Shown here: positions 15,901 to 32,500 of the stretch, one piece after another | Layout of the letters: each line of letters starts with the position of its first letter | How positions within the stretch are numbered: position 1 is the first letter of the stretch | Assembly (NCBI GenBank): GCA_964016885.1 | Contig: OZ024743.1 | Location: 210,304,001 to 210,368,000 of the forward strand | Origin: Eledone cirrhosa | Taxonomy: Eukaryota | Reading direction: 5' to 3' | Length of the DNA: 64,000 nucleotides | The notes under the pieces: model-generated | The model's input: the letters and a program-made list of their open reading frames with translations, nothing else | The model's database searches: none | What the model was told of the DNA's origin: nothing | Translations under genes and position numbers: made by a program

Positions 15901-18170
15901 ATAAGATATAACACAGTTTACCATCCTATAGCCACACATGAAAGCTCTTCACTCCATAAGATATACCACAGTTTACCATCCTATAGCCACACATGGAAGC
16001 TCTTCACTCCATAAGATATACCACAGTTTACCATCCTATAGCCACAGATGAAAGCTCTTCACCCCATAAGATATACCACAGTTTACCATCCTATAGCCAC
16101 AGATGAAAGCTCTTCACCCCATGAGATATACCACAGTTTACCATCCTATAGCCACACATGAAAGCTCTTCACCCCATAAGATATACCATAGTTTACCATC
16201 CTATTGCCACACATGAAAGCTCTTCACTCCATAAGATATACCACAGTTTACCATCCTATAGCCACACATGAAAGCTCTTCACTCCATAAGATATACCACA
16301 GTTTACCATCCTATAGCCACAGATGAAAGCTGTTCACTCCATAAGATATACCACAGTTTACCATCCTATAGCCACACATGAAAGCTCTTCACTCTATAAG
16401 ATATACCACAGTCTACCATCCTATAGCCACAGATGAAAGCTCTTCACCCCATAAGATATACCACAGTTTACCATCCTATAGCCACACATGAAAGCACTTC
16501 ACTCCATAAGATATACCACAGTTTACCATCCTATAGCCACACATGAAAGCTCTTCACTCCATAAGATATACCACAGTTTACCATCCTATAGCCACAGATG
16601 AAAGCTCTTCACCCCATAAGATATACCACAGTTTACCATCCTATAGCCACACATGAAAGCTCTTCACCCCATAAGATATACCACAGTTTACCATCCTATT
16701 GCCACACATGAAAGCTCTTCACTCAATAAGATATACCACAATTTACTATCCTATAGCCACACATGAAAGCTCTTCACTCCATAAGATATACCACAGTTTA
16801 CCATCCTATAGCCAGATGAAAGCTCTTCACTCCATAAGATATACGACAGTTTACTATCCTATAGCCACACATGAAATCTCTTCACTCCATAAGATATACC
16901 TCAGTTTACCATCCTATAGCCACAGATGAAAGCTCTTCACTCCATAAGATATACCACAGTTTACTATCCTATAGCCACACATGAGAGCTCTTCACTCCAT
17001 AAGATATACCACAGTTTACCATCCTATGGCCACACATGAAAGCTCTTCACCCCATAAGATATACCACAGTTTACCATCCTATAGCCAGATGAAAGCTCTT
17101 CACTCCGTAAAATATACCACAGTTTACCATCCTATAGCCACACATGAAAGCTCTTCACTCCATAAGATATACGACAGTTTACCATCCTATAGCCACAGTT
17201 GAAAGCTGTTCACTCCATAAGATATACGACAGTTTACCATCCTATAGCCAGATGAAGCTCTTCACTCCATAAGATATACCACAGATTAACATCCTATAGC
17301 CACAGATGAAAGCTGTTCACTCCATAAGATATACCACAGTTTACCATCCTATAACCAGATGAAAGCTCTTCACTCCATAAGATATACCACAGTTTACCAT
17401 CCTATAGCCACAGATGAAAGCTGTTCACTCCATAAGATATACCACAGTTTACCATCCTATAGCCAGATGAAAGCTCTTCACTCCATAAGATATACCACAG
17501 TTTACCATCCTATAGCCACAGATGAAAGCTGTTCACTCCATAAGATATACCACAGTTTACCATTCTATAGCCACAGATGAAAGCTCTTCACTCCATAAGA
17601 TATACCACAGTTTACCATCCTATAGCCACAGATGAAAGCTCTTCACCCCATAAGATATACGACAGTTTACCATCCTATAGCCACACATGAAATCTCTTCA
17701 CTCCATAAGATATACCACAGTTTACCATCCTATAGCCACACATGAAAGCTCTTCACTCCATAAGATATAACACAGTTTACCATCCTATAGCCACACATGA
17801 AAGCTCTTCACTCCATAAGATATACCACAGTTTACCATCCTATAGCCACACATGGAAGCTCTTCACTCCATAAGATATACCACAGTTTACCATCCTATAG
17901 CCACAGATGAAAGCTCTTCACCCCATAAGATATACCACAGTTTACCATCCTATAGCCACAGATGAAAGCTCTTCACCCCATGAGATATACCACAGTTTAC
18001 CATCCTATAGCCACACATGAAAGCTCTTCACCCCATAAGATATACCATAGTTTACCATCCTATTGCCACACATGAAAGCTCTTCACTCCATAAGATATAC
18101 CACAGTTTACCATCCTATAGCCACACATGAAAGCTCTTCACTCCATAAGATATACCACAGTTTACCATCC
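12990..18170. repeat. Higher-order repeat, 1859-bp unit (34 monomers), two near-identical copies (~14440-18170) plus a preceding partial copy
   Basis: Marker offsets of 1859 bp: CACTCTATA 14531/16390, ATATACCATA 16181/18040, and ORF-track starts 14840/16699, 13263/15122/16981, 15500/17359. The arithmetic fits 34x55 minus four 53-mers and one 52-mer = 1859. Confidence 0.9.
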
Positions 18171-19429
18171 TATAGCCAGATGAAAGCTCTTCACTCCATA
18201 AGATATACGACAGTTTACCATCCTATAGCCACACATGAAATCTCTTCACTCCATAAGATATACCTCAGTTTACCATCCTAAAGCCACAGATGAAAGCTCT
18301 TCACTCCATAAGATATACCACAGTTTACTATCCTATAGCCACACATGAGAGCTCTTCACTCCATAAGATATACCACAGTTTACCATCCTATGGCCACAGA
18401 TGAAAGCTCTTCACTCCATAAGATATACCACAGTTTACTATCCTATAGCCTCACATGAGAGCTCTTGACTCCATAAGATATACCACAGTTTACCATCCTA
18501 TGGCCACAGATGAAAGCTCTTCACCCCATAAGATATACCACAGTTTACCATCCTATAGCCAGATGAAAGCTCTTCACTCCGTAAAATATACCACAGTTTA
18601 CCATCCTATAGCCACACATGAAAGCTCTTCACTCCATAAGATATACCACAGTTTACCATCCTATAGCCACAGATGAAAGCTGTTCACTCCATAAGATATA
18701 CGACATTTTATCATACTATAGCCACAGTTGAAAGCTGTTCACTCCATAAGATATACGACGGGTTACCATCCTATAGCCAGATGAAAGCTCTTCACTCCAT
18801 AAGATATACCACAGATTACCATCCTATAGCCACAGATGAAAGCTGTTCACTCCATAAGATATACCACAGTTTACCATCCTATAGCCAGATGAAAGCTGTT
18901 CACTCCATAAGATATACCACAGTTTACCATCCTATAGCCAGATGAAAGCTCTTCATTCCATAAGATACACCACAGGTTACCATCCTATAGCCACAGATGA
19001 AAGCTGTTCACTTCATAAGATATACCACAGTTTACCATTCTATAGCCACAGATGAAAGCTCTTCACTCCATAAGATATACCACAGTTTACCATCCTATAG
19101 CCACAGATGAAAGCTCTTCACTCCATAAGATATACCACAGTTTACCATCCTATAGCCACAGATGAAAGCTCTTCACTCCATGAGATATACCACAGTTTAC
19201 CATCCTATAGCCACAGATGACAGCTCTTCACCTCATAAGATATACCACAGTTTACCATCCTATAGCCACACAAGAAAGCTCTTCACTCCATAAGATATAC
19301 CACAGTTTACCATCCTATAGCGACAGATAAAAGCTCTTCACCCCATAAGATATACCACAGTTTACCATCCTATAGCCACACATGAAAGCTCTTCACTCCA
19401 TAAGATATACCACAGTTTACCATCCTATA

Positions 19430-20310
19430 GCCACACATGAAAGCTCTTCACTCCATAAGATATACCACAGTTTACCATCCTATAGACACACATGAAAGCT
19501 CTTCACTCCATAAGATATACCACAGTTTACCACCCTATAGCCACACATGAAAGCTCTTCACTCCATAAGATATACCACTGTTTACCATCCTATAGCCACA
19601 GATGAAAGCTCTTCACCCCATAAGATATACCACAGTTTACCATCCTATAGCCACACATGAAAGCTCTTCACTCCATAAGATATACCACAGTTTACCATCC
19701 TATAGCCACAGATGAAAGCTGTTCACTCCATAAGATATACCACAGTTTACCATCCTATAGCCACAGATCAAAGCTGTTCACTCCATAAGATATACCACAG
19801 TTTACCATCCTATAGCCACAGATGAAAGCTGTTCACTCCATAAGATATACCACAATTTACCATCCTATAGCCACACATGAAAGCTCTTCACTCCATAAGA
19901 TATACCACAGTTTACCATCCTATAGACACACATGAAAGCTCTTCACTCCATAAGATATACCACAGTTTACCACCCTATAGCCACACATGAAAGCTCTTCA
20001 CTCCATAAGATATACCACTGTTTACCATCCTATAGCCACAGATGAAAGCTCTTCACCCCATAAGATATACCACAGTTTACCATCCTATAGCCACACATGA
20101 AAGCTCTTCACTCCATAAGATATACCACAGTTTACCATCCTATAGCCACAGATGAAAGCTGTTCACTCCATAAGATATACCACAGTTTACCATCCTATAG
20201 CCACAGATCAAAGCTGTTCACTCCATAAGATATACCACAGTTTACCATCCTATAGCCACAGATGAAAGCTGTTCACTCCATAAGATATACCACAATTTAC
20301 CATCCTATAG
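19430..20310. repeat. Local tandem duplication of 8 monomers (440 bp)
   Basis: TATAGACACA at 19481/19921, TATACCACTG at 19571/20011, GATCAAAG at 19766/20206 and CACAATTTAC at 19851/20291, all 440 bp apart. Confidence 0.9.
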
Positions 20311-23300
20311 CCACACATGAAAGCTCTTCACTCCATAAGATATACCACAGTTTACCATCCTATAGCCACAGATGAAAGCTGTTCACTCCATAAGATATAC
20401 AACAGTTTACCGTCCTATAGCCATAGATGAAAGCTGTTCACTCCATACGATATACGACAGTTTACCATCCTATAGCCAGATGAAAGCTCTTCACTCCATA
20501 AGATATACCACAGATTACCATCCTATAGCCACAGATGAAAGCTGTTCACTCCATAAGATATACCACAGTTTACCATCCTATAGCCAGATGAAAGCTCTTC
20601 ACTCCATAAGATATACCACAGTTTTCCATCCTATAGCCACAGATGAAAGCTGTTCACTCCATAAAATATACGACAGTTTACCATCCTATAGTCACAGATG
20701 AAAGCTGTTCACTCCATAAGATATACGACAGTTTACCATCCTATAGCCAGATGAAAGCTCTTCACTCCATAAGATATACCACAGATTACCATCCTATAGC
20801 CACAGATGAAAGCTGTTCACTCCATAAGATATACCACAGTTTACCATCCTATAGCCAGATGAAAGCTCTTCACTCCATAAGATATACCACAGTTTACCAT
20901 CCTATAGCCACAGATGAAAGCTTTTCACTCCATAAGATATACCACAGTTTACCATCCTATAGCAAGAAGAAAGCTCTTCACTCCATAAGATATACCACAG
21001 TTTACCATCCTATAGCCACAGATGAAAGCTCTTCACTCCATAAGATATACCACAGTTTCCCATCCTATAGCCACAGGTGAAAGCTCTTCACCCCATAAGA
21101 TATACCACAGTTTACCATCCTATAGCCACAAATGAAAGCTCTTCACTCCATAAGATATACCACAGTTTACCATCCTATAGCCACAGATGAAAGCTCTTCA
21201 CCCCATAAGATATACCACAGTTTACCATCCTATTTCCACACATGAAAGTTCTTCACTCGATAAGATATACCATAGTTTACCATCCTATAGCCACACATGA
21301 AAGCTCTTCACCCCATAAGATATACCACAGTTTACCATCCTATTGCCACACACGAAAGTTCTTCACTCGATAAGATATACCACAGTTTACCATCCTATAG
21401 CCACACATGAAAGCTCTTCACTCCATAAGATATACCACAGTTTACCATCCTATAGCCAGATGAAAGCTCTTCACTCCATAAGATATACGACAGTTTACCA
21501 TCCTATAGCCACACATGAGAGCTCTTCACTCCATAAGATATACCACAGTTTACCATCCTATAGCCACACATGAAAGCTCTTCAGTCCATAAGATATACCT
21601 CAGTTTACCATCCTATAGCCACAGATGAAAGCTCTTCACTCCATAAGATATACCACAGTTTACCATCCTATGGCCACACATGAAAGCTCTTCACCCCATA
21701 AGATATACCTCAGTTTACCATCCTATAGCCACAGATGAAAGCTCTTCACTCCATAAGATATACCACAGTTTACCATCCTATAGCCACACATGAGAGCTCT
21801 TCACTCCATAATATATACCACAGTTTACCATCCTATAGCCACACATGAAAGCTCTTCACTCCATAAGATATACCACAGTTTACCATCCTATGGCCACAAA
21901 TGAAAGCTCTTCACCCCATAAGATATACCACAGTTTACCATCCTATAGCCACACATGAAAGCTCTTCACCCCATAAGATATACCACAGTTTACCATCCTA
22001 TTGCCACACATGAAAGTTCTTCACTCCATAAGATATAAGAAAGTTTACCATCCTATAGCCACACATGAAAGCTCTTCAATCCATAAGATATACCACAGTT
22101 TACCATCCTATAGCCAGATGAAAGCTCTTCACTCCATAAGATATACCACAGTTTACCACCCTATAGCCACAGATGAAAGCTCTTCACTCCATGAGATATA
22201 CCATAGTTTACCATCCTATAGCCACGCCACGGATGATAGCTCTTCACTCCATAAGATATACAACAGTTTACAATCCTATAGCCACAGATGAAAGATCTTC
22301 ACTCCATAAGATATACCACAGTTTACCATCCTATGGCCACAGATGAAAGCTCTTCACTCCATAAGATATACCACAGTTTACCATCCTATAGCCACAGATG
22401 AAAGCTCTTCACTCCATAAGATATACCACAGTTTACCATCCTATAGCCACACATGAAAGCTCTTCACTCCATAAGATATACCACAGTTTACCATCCTATA
22501 GCCACGCCATGGATGAAAGCTATTCACTCCATAAGATATACCAGAGTTTACCATCCTATAGTAACACATGAAAGCTCTTCACTCCATAAGATATAACACA
22601 GTTTACCATCCTATAGCCAGATGAAAGCTCTTCACTCCATAAGATATACCACAGTTTACCATCCTATAGCCACAGATGAAAGCTCTTCACTCCATAAGAT
22701 ATACCACAGTTTACCATCCTATAGCCACAGATGAAAGCTCTTCACTCCATAAGATATACCACAGTTTACCATCCTATAGCCACAGATGAAAGCTGTTCGC
22801 TCCATAAGATATACCACAGTTTACCATCCTATAGCCACACATGAAAGCTCTTCACTCCATAACATATACCACAGTTTACCATCCTATAGCCACACATGAA
22901 AGCTCTTCACTCCATAAGATATACCACAGTTAACCATCCTATAGCCACAGATGAAAGATCTTCATTCCAAAAGATATACCACAGTTTACCATCCTATATC
23001 CACAGATGAAAGCTGTTCACTCCATAAGATATACCACAGTTTACCATCCTATAGCCAAACATGAAAGCTCTTCACTCCATAAGATATACCACAGTTTACC
23101 ATCCTATAGCCACAGATGAAAGCTCTTCACTCCATAAGATATACCACAGTTTACCATCCTATATCCACAGATGAAAGCTGTTCACTCCATAAGATATACC
23201 ACAGTTTACCATCCTATAGCCAAACATGAAAGCTCTTCACTCCATAAGATATACCACAGTTTACCATCCTATAGCCACAGATGAAAGCTGTTCACTCCAT

Positions 23301-26300
23301 AAGATATACCACAGTTTACCATCCTATAGCCACAGATCAAAGCTGTTCACTCCATAAGATATACCACAGTTTACCATCCTATAGCCACAGATGAAAGCTG
23401 TTCACTCCATAAGATATACCACAATTTACCATCCTATAGCCACACATGAAAGCTCTTCACTCCATAAGATATACCACAGTTTACCATCCTATAGCCACAG
23501 ATGAAAGCTGTTCACTCCATAAGATATACAACAGTTTACCGTCCTATAGCCATAGATGAAAGCTGTTCACTCCATACGATATACGACAGTTTACCATCCT
23601 ATAGCCAGATGAAAGCTCTTCACTCCATAAGATATACCACAGATTACCATCCTATAGCCACAGATGAAAGCTGTTCACTCCATAAGATATACCACAGTTT
23701 ACCATCCTATAGCCAGATGAAAGCTCTTCACTCCATAAGATATACCACAGTTTTCCATCCTATAGCCACAGATGAAAGCTGTTCACTCCATAAAATATAC
23801 GACAGTTTACCATCCTATAGTCACAGATGAAAGCTGTTCACTCCATAAGATATACGACAGTTTACCATCCTATAGCCAGATGAAAGCTCTTCACTCCATA
23901 AGATATACCACAGATTACCATCCTATAGCCACAGATGAAAGCTGTTCACTCCATAAGATATACCACAGTTTACCATCCTATAGCCAGATGAAAGCTCTTC
24001 ACTCCATAAGATATACCACAGTTTACCATCCTATAGCCACAGATGAAAGCTTTTCACTCCATAAGATATACCACAGTTTACCATCCTATAGCAAGAAGAA
24101 AGCTCTTCACTCCATAAGATATACCACAGTTTACCATCCTATAGCCACAGATGAAAGCTCTTCACTCCATAAGATATACCACAGTTTCCCATCCTATAGC
24201 CACAGGTGAAAGCTCTTCACCCCATAAGATATACCACAGTTTACCATCCTATAGCCACAAATGAAAGCTCTTCACTCCATAAGATATACCACAGTTTACC
24301 ATCCTATAGCCACAGATGAAAGCTCTTCACCCCATAAGATATACCACAGTTTACCATCCTATTTCCACACATGAAAGTTCTTCACTCGATAAGATATACC
24401 ATAGTTTACCATCCTATAGCCACACATGAAAGCTCTTCACCCCATAAGATATACCACAGTTTACCATCCTATTGCCACACACGAAAGTTCTTCACTCGAT
24501 AAGATATACCACAGTTTACCATCCTATAGCCACACATGAAAGCTCTTCACTCCATAAGATATACCACAGTTTACCATCCTATAGCCAGATGAAAGCTCTT
24601 CACTCCATAAGATATACGACAGTTTACCATCCTATAGCCACACATGAGAGCTCTTCACTCCATAAGATATACCACAGTTTACCATCCTATAGCCACACAT
24701 GAAAGCTCTTCAGTCCATAAGATATACCTCAGTTTACCATCCTATAGCCACAGATGAAAGCTCTTCACTCCATAAGATATACCACAGTTTACCATCCTAT
24801 AGCCACACATGAGAGCTCTTCACTCCATAAGATATACCACAGTTTACCATCCTATAGCCACAGATGAAAGCTCTTCACTCCATAAGATATACCACAGTTT
24901 ACCATCCTATGGCCACACATGAAAGCTCTTCACCCCATAAGATATACCTCAGTTTACCATCCTATAGCCACAGATGAAAGCTCTTCACTCCATAAGATAT
25001 ACCACAGTTTACCATCCTATAGCCACACATGAGAGCTCTTCACTCCATAATATATACCACAGTTTACCATCCTATAGCCACACATGAAAGCTCTTCACTC
25101 CATAAGATATACCACAGTTTACCATCCTATGGCCACAAATGAAAGCTCTTCACCCCATAAGATATACCACAGTTTACCATCCTATAGCCACACATGAAAG
25201 CTCTTCACCCCATAAGATATACCACAGTTTACCATCCTATTGCCACACATGAAAGTTCTTCACTCCATAAGATATAAGAAAGTTTACCATCCTATAGCCA
25301 CACATGAAAGCTCTTCAATCCATAAGATATACCACAGTTTACCATCCTATAGCCAGATGAAAGCTCTTCACTCCATAAGATATACCACAGTTTACCACCC
25401 TATAGCCACAGATGAAAGCTCTTCACTCCATGAGATATACCATAGTTTACCATCCTATAGCCACGCCACGGATGAAAGCTCTTCACTCCATAAGATATAC
25501 AACAGTTTACAATCCTATAGCCACAGATGAAAGATCTTCACTCCATAAGATATACCACAGTTTACCATCCTATGGCCACAGATGAAAGCTCTTCACTCCA
25601 TAAGATATACCACAGTTTACCATCCTATAGCCACAGATGAAAGCTCTTCACTCCATAAGATATACCACAGTTTACCATCCTATAGCCACACATGAAAGCT
25701 CTTCACTCCATAAGATATACCACAGTTTACCATCCTATAGCCACGCCATGGATGAAAGCTATTCACTCCATAAGATATACCAGAGTTTACCATCCTATAG
25801 TAACACATGAAAGCTCTTCACTCCATAAGATATAACACAGTTTACCATCCTATAGCCAGATGAAAGCTCTTCACTCCATAAGATATACCACAGTTTACCA
25901 TCCTATAGCCACAGATGAAAGCTCTTCACTCCATAAGATATACCACAGTTTACCATCCTATAGCCACAGATGAAAGCTCTTCACTCCATAAGATATACCA
26001 CAGTTTACCATCCTATAGCCACAGATGAAAGCTGTTCGCTCCATAAGATATACCACAGTTTACCATCCTATAGCCACACATGAAAGCTCTTCACTCCATA
26101 ACATATACCACAGTTTACCATCCTATAGCCACACATGAAAGCTCTTCACTCCATAAGATATACCACAGTTAACCATCCTATAGCCACAGATGAAAGATCT
26201 TCATTCCAAAAGATATACCACAGTTTACCATCCTATATCCACAGATGAAAGCTGTTCACTCCATAAGATATACCACAGTTTACCATCCTATAGCCAAACA

Positions 26301-26520
26301 TGAAAGCTCTTCACTCCATAAGATATACCACAGTTTACCATCCTATAGCCACAGATGAAAGCTCTTCACTCCATAAGATATACCACAGTTTACCATCCTA
26401 TATCCACAGATGAAAGCTGTTCACTCCATAAGATATACCACAGTTTACCATCCTATAGCCAAACATGAAAGCTCTTCACTCCATAAGATATACCACAGTT
26501 TACCATCCTATAGCCACAGA
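20130..26520. repeat. Higher-order tandem duplication, 3129-bp unit (57 monomers); second copy has 2 extra monomers
   Basis: Offsets of 3129 bp (GATCAAAG 20206/23335, CACAAT 20291/23420, ORF starts 20372/23501, 20643/23772, 21343/24472) shift to 3239 bp further on (22001/25240). The arithmetic fits 57x55 plus two 60-mers minus eight 53-mers = 3129. Confidence 0.9.
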
Positions 26521-29500
26521 TGAAAGCTCTTCATTCCAAAAGATATACCACAGTTTACCATCCTATAGCCACAGATGAAAGCTGTTCACTCCATAAGATA
26601 TACGACAGTTTACAATGCTATAGCCACAGATGAAAGCTGTTCACTCCATAAGATATACCACAGTTTACCATCCTATAGCCACACATGAAAGCTCTTCACT
26701 CTATAAGATATACCACAGTCTACCATCCTATAGCCACAGATGAAAGCTCTTCACCCCATAAGATATACCACAGTTTACCATCCTATAGCCACACATGAAA
26801 GCACTTCACTCCATAAGATATACCACAGTTTACCATCCTATAGCCACACATGAAAGCTCTTCACTCCATAAGATATACCACAGTTTACCATCCTATAGCC
26901 ACAGATGAAAGCTCTTCACCCCATAAGATATACCACAGTTTACCATCCTATAGCCACACATGAAAGCTCTTCACCCCATAAGATATACCACACTTTACCA
27001 TCCTATTGCCACACATGAAAGCTCTTCACTCAATAAGATATACCACAGTTTACTATCCTATAGCCACACATGAAAGCTCTTCACTCCATAAGATATACCA
27101 CAGTTTACCATCCTATAGCCAGATGAAAGCTCTTCACTCCATAAGATATACGACAGTTTACCATCCTATAGCCACACATGAAATCTCTTCACTCCATAAG
27201 ATATACCTCAGTTTACCATCCTATAGCCACAGATGAAAGCTCTTCACTCCATAAGATATACCACAGTTTACTATCCTATAGCCACACATGAGAGCTCTTC
27301 ACTCCATAAGATATACCACAGTTTACCATCCTATAGCCACACATGAAAGCTCTTCACTCCATAAGATATAACACAGTTTACCATCCTATAGCCAGATGAA
27401 AGCTCTTCACTCCATAAGATATACCACAGTTTACCATCCTATAGCCACAGATGAAAGCTGTTCACTCCATAAGATATACCACAGTTTACCATCCTATAGC
27501 CAGATGAAAGCTCTTCACTCCATAAGATATACCACAGTTTACCATCCTATAGCCACAGATGAAAGCTGTTCACTCCATAAGATATACCACAGTTTACCAT
27601 TCTATAGCCACAGATGAAAGCTCTTCACTCCATAAGATATACCACAGTTTACCATCCTATAGCCACAGGTGAAAGCTCTTCACCCCATAAGATATACCAC
27701 AGTTTACCATCCTATAGCCACAAATGAAAGCTCTTCACTCCATAAGATATACCACAGTTTACCATCCTATAGCCACAGATGAAAGCTCTTCACCCCATAA
27801 GATATACGACAGTTTACCATCCTATAGCCACACATGAAATCTCTTCACTCCATAAGATATACCACAGTTTACCATCCTATAGCCACACATGAAAGCTCTT
27901 CACTCCATAAGATATAACACAGTTTACCATCCTATAGCCACACATGAAAGCTCTTCACTCCATAAGATATACCACAGTTTACCATCCTATAGCCATACAT
28001 GAAAGCTCTTCACTCCATAAGATATACCACAGTTTACCATCCTATAGCCACACATGGAAGCTCTTCACTCCATAAGATATACCACAGTTTACCATCCTAT
28101 AGCCACAGATGAAAGCTCTTCACCCCATAAGATATACCACAGTTTACCATCCTATAGCCACAGATGAAAGCTCTTCACCCCATGAGATATACCACAGTTT
28201 ACCATCCTATAGCCACAGATGAAAGCTCTTCACCCCATAAGATATACCACAGTTTACCATCCTATAGCCACACATGAAAGCTCTTCACTCCATATGATAT
28301 ACCACAGTTTACCATCCTATAGCCACAGATGAAAGCTCTTCACCCCATAAGATATACCACAGTTTACCATCCTATAGCCACACATGAAAGCTCTTCACCC
28401 CATAAGATATACCATAGTTTACCATCCTATTGCCACACATGAAAGCTCTTCACTCCATAAGATATACCACAGTTTACCATCCTATAGCCACACATGAAAG
28501 CTCTTCACTCCATAAGATATACGACAGTTTACCATCCTATAGCCACACATGAAATCTCTTCACTCCATAAGATATACCTCAGTTTACCATCCTATAGCCA
28601 CAGATAAAAGCTCTTCACTCCATAAGATATACCACAGTTTACTATCCTATAGCCACACATGAGAGCTCTTCACTCCATAAGATATACCACAGTTTACCAT
28701 CCTATGGCCACAGATGAAAGCTCTTCACTGCATAAGATATACCACAGTTTACTATCCTATAGCCTCACATGAGAGCTCTTGACTCCATAAGATATACCAC
28801 AGTTTACCATCCTATGGCCACAGATGAAAGCTCTTCACCCCATAAGATATACCACAGTTTACCATCCTATAGCCACAGATGAAAGCTGTTCACTCCATAA
28901 GATATACGACATTTTATCATACTATAGCCACAGTTGAAAGCTGTTCACTCCATAAGATATACGACGGGTTACCATACTATAGCCAGATGAAAGCACTTCA
29001 CTCCATAAGATATACCACAGATTACCATCCTATAGCCACAGATGAAAGCTGTTCACTCCATAAGATATACCACAGTTTACCATCCTATAGCCAGATGAAA
29101 GCTGTTCACTCCATAAGATATACCACAGTTTACCATCCTATAGCCAGATGAAAGCTCTTCATTCCATAAGATATACCACAGGTTACCATCCTATAGCCAC
29201 AGATGAAAGCTGTTCACTTCATAAGATATACCACAGTTTACCATTCTATAGCCACAGATGAAAGCTCTTCACTCCATAAGATATACCACAGTTTACCATC
29301 CTATAGCCACAGATGAAAGCTCTTCACTCCATAAGATATACCACAGTTTACCATCCTATAGCCACAGATGAAAGCTCTTCACTCCATGAGATATACCACA
29401 GTTTACCATCCTATAGCCACAGATGACAGCTCTTCACCCCATAAGATATACCACAGTTTACCATCCTATAGCCACACAAGAAAGCTCTTCACTCCATAAG

Positions 29501-32500
29501 ATATACCACAGTTTACCATCCTATAGCGACAGATAAAAGCTCTTCACCCCATAAGATATACCACAGTTTACCATCCTATAGCCACACATGAAAGCTCTTC
29601 ACTCCATAAGATATACCACAGGTTACCATCCTATAGCCACACATGAAAGCTCTTCACTCCATAAGATATACCACAGTTTACCATCCTATAGCCACACATG
29701 AAAGCTCTTCACTCCATAAGATATACCACAGTTTACCATCCTATAGCCACACATGAAAGCTCTTCACTCCATAAGATATACCACAGTTTACCATCCTATA
29801 GCCACAGATGAAAGCTCTTCACCCCATAAGATATACCACAGTTTACCATCCTATAGCCACACATGAAAGCTCTTCACTCCATAAGATATACCACAGTTTA
29901 CCATCCTATAGCCACAGATGAAAGCTGTTCACTCCATAAGATATACCACAGTTTACCATCCTATAGCCACAGATCAAAGCTGTTCACTCCATAAGATATA
30001 CCACAGTTTACCATCCTATAGCCACAGATGAAAGCTGTTCACTCCATAAGATATACCACAGTTTACCATCCTATAGCCACACATGAAAGCTCTTCACTCC
30101 ATAAGATATACCACAGTTTACCATCCTATAGCCACAGATGAAAGCTGTTCACTCCATAAGATATACAACAGTTTACCGTCCTATAGCCATAGATGAAAGC
30201 TGTTCACTCCATACGATATACGACAGTTTACCATCCTATAGCCAGATGAAAGCTCTTCACTCCATAAGATATACCACAGATTACCATCCTATAGCCACAG
30301 ATGAAAGCTGTTCACTCCATAAGATATACCACAGTTTACCATCCTATAGCCAGATGAAAGCTCTTCACTCCATAAGATATACCACAGTTTACCATCCTAT
30401 AGCCACAGATGAAAGCTGTTCACTCCATAAGATATACCACAGTTTACCATCCTATAGCCAGATGAAAGCTCTTCACTCCATAAGATATACCACAGATTAC
30501 CATCCTATAGCCACAGATGAAAGCTTTTCACTCCATAAGATATACCACAGTTTACCATCCTATAGCAAGAAGAAAGCTCTTCACTCCATAAGATATACCA
30601 CAGTTTACCATCCTATAGCCACAGATGAAAGCTCTTCACTCCATAAGATATACCACAGTTTCCCATCCTATAGCCACAGGTGAAAGCTCTTCACCCCATA
30701 AGATATACCACAGTTTACCATCCTATAGCCACAAATGAAAGCTCTTCACTCCATAAGATATACCACAGTTTACCATCCTATAGCCACAGATGAAAGCTCT
30801 TCACCCCATAAGATATACCACAGTTTACCATCCTATTTCCACACATGAAAGTTCTTCACTCGATAAGATATACCATAGTTTACCATCCTATAGCCACACA
30901 TGAACGCTCTTCACCCCATAAGATATACCACAGTTTACCATCCTATTGCCACACACGAAAGTTCTTCACTCGATAAGATATACCACAGTTTACCATCCTA
31001 TAGCCACACATGAAAGCTCTTCACTCCATAAGATATACAACAGTTTACCATCCTATAGCCAGATGAAAGCTCTTCACTCCATAAGATATACGACAGTTTA
31101 CCATCCTATAGCCACACATGAGAGCTCTTCACTCCATAAGATATACGACAGTTTACCATCCTATAGCCACACATGAGAGCTCTTCACTCCATAAGATATA
31201 CCACAGTTTACCATCCTATAGCCACACATGAAAGCTCTTCAGTCCATAAGATATACCTCAGTTTACCATCCTATAGCCACAGATGAAAGCTCTTCACTCC
31301 ATAAGATATACCACAGTTTACCATCCTATAGCCACACATGAGAGCTCTTCACTCCATAAGATATACCACAGTTTACCATCCTATAGCCACAGATGAAAGC
31401 TCTTCACTCCATAAGATATACCACAGTTTACCATCCTATGGCCACACATGAAAGCTCTTCACCCCATAAGATATACCTCAGTTTACCATCCTATAGCCAC
31501 AGATGAAAGCTCTTCACTCCATAAGATATACCACAGTTTACCATCCTATAGCCACACATGAGAGCTCTTCACTCCATAATATATACCACAGTTTACCATC
31601 CTATAGCCACACATGAAAGCTCTTCACTCCATAAGATATACCACAGTTTACCATCCTATGGCCACAGATGAAAGCTCTTCACCCCATAAGATATACCACA
31701 GTTTACCATCCTATAGCCACACATGAAAGCTCTTCACCCCATAAGATATACCACAGTTTACCATCCTATTGCCACACATGAAAGTTCTTCACTCCATAAG
31801 ATATACGAAAGTTTACCATCCTATAGCCACACATGAAAGCTCTTCAATCCATAAGATATACCACAGTTTAACATCCTATAGCCAGATGAAAGCTCTTCAC
31901 TCCATAAGATATACCACAGTTTACCACCCTATAGCCACAGATGAAAGCTCTTCACTCCATGAGATATACCATAGTTTACCATCCTATAGCCACGCCACGG
32001 ATGAAAGCTCTTCACTCCATAAGATATACAACAGTTTACAATCCTATAGCCACAGATGAAAGATCTTCACTCCATAAGATATACCACAGTTTACCATCCT
32101 ATGGCCACAGATGAAAGCTCTTCACTCCATAAGATATACCACAGTTTACCATCCTATAGCCACAGATGAAAGCTCTTCACTCCATAAGATATACCACAGT
32201 TTACCATCCTATAGCCACACATGAAAGCTCTTCACTCCATAAGATATACCACAGTTTACCATCCTATAGCCACGCCATGGATGAAAGCTATTCACTCCAT
32301 AAGATATACCACAGTTTACCATCCTATAGTAACACATGAAAGCTCTTCACTCCATAAGATATAACACAGTTTACCATCCTATAGCCAGATGAAAGCTCTT
32401 CACTCCATAAGATATACCACAGTTTACCATCCTATAGCCACAGATGAAAGCTCTTCACTCCATAAGATATACCACAGTTTACCATCCTATAGCCACAGAT

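Noticed and set aside
22995-23270. Nucleosome-phasing role of 3x55 = 165 bp
   Set aside because: Only isolated 3-monomer duplications exist. There is no array-wide trimer periodicity or phased A-tracts, so this is a numerical coincidence without chromatin data.
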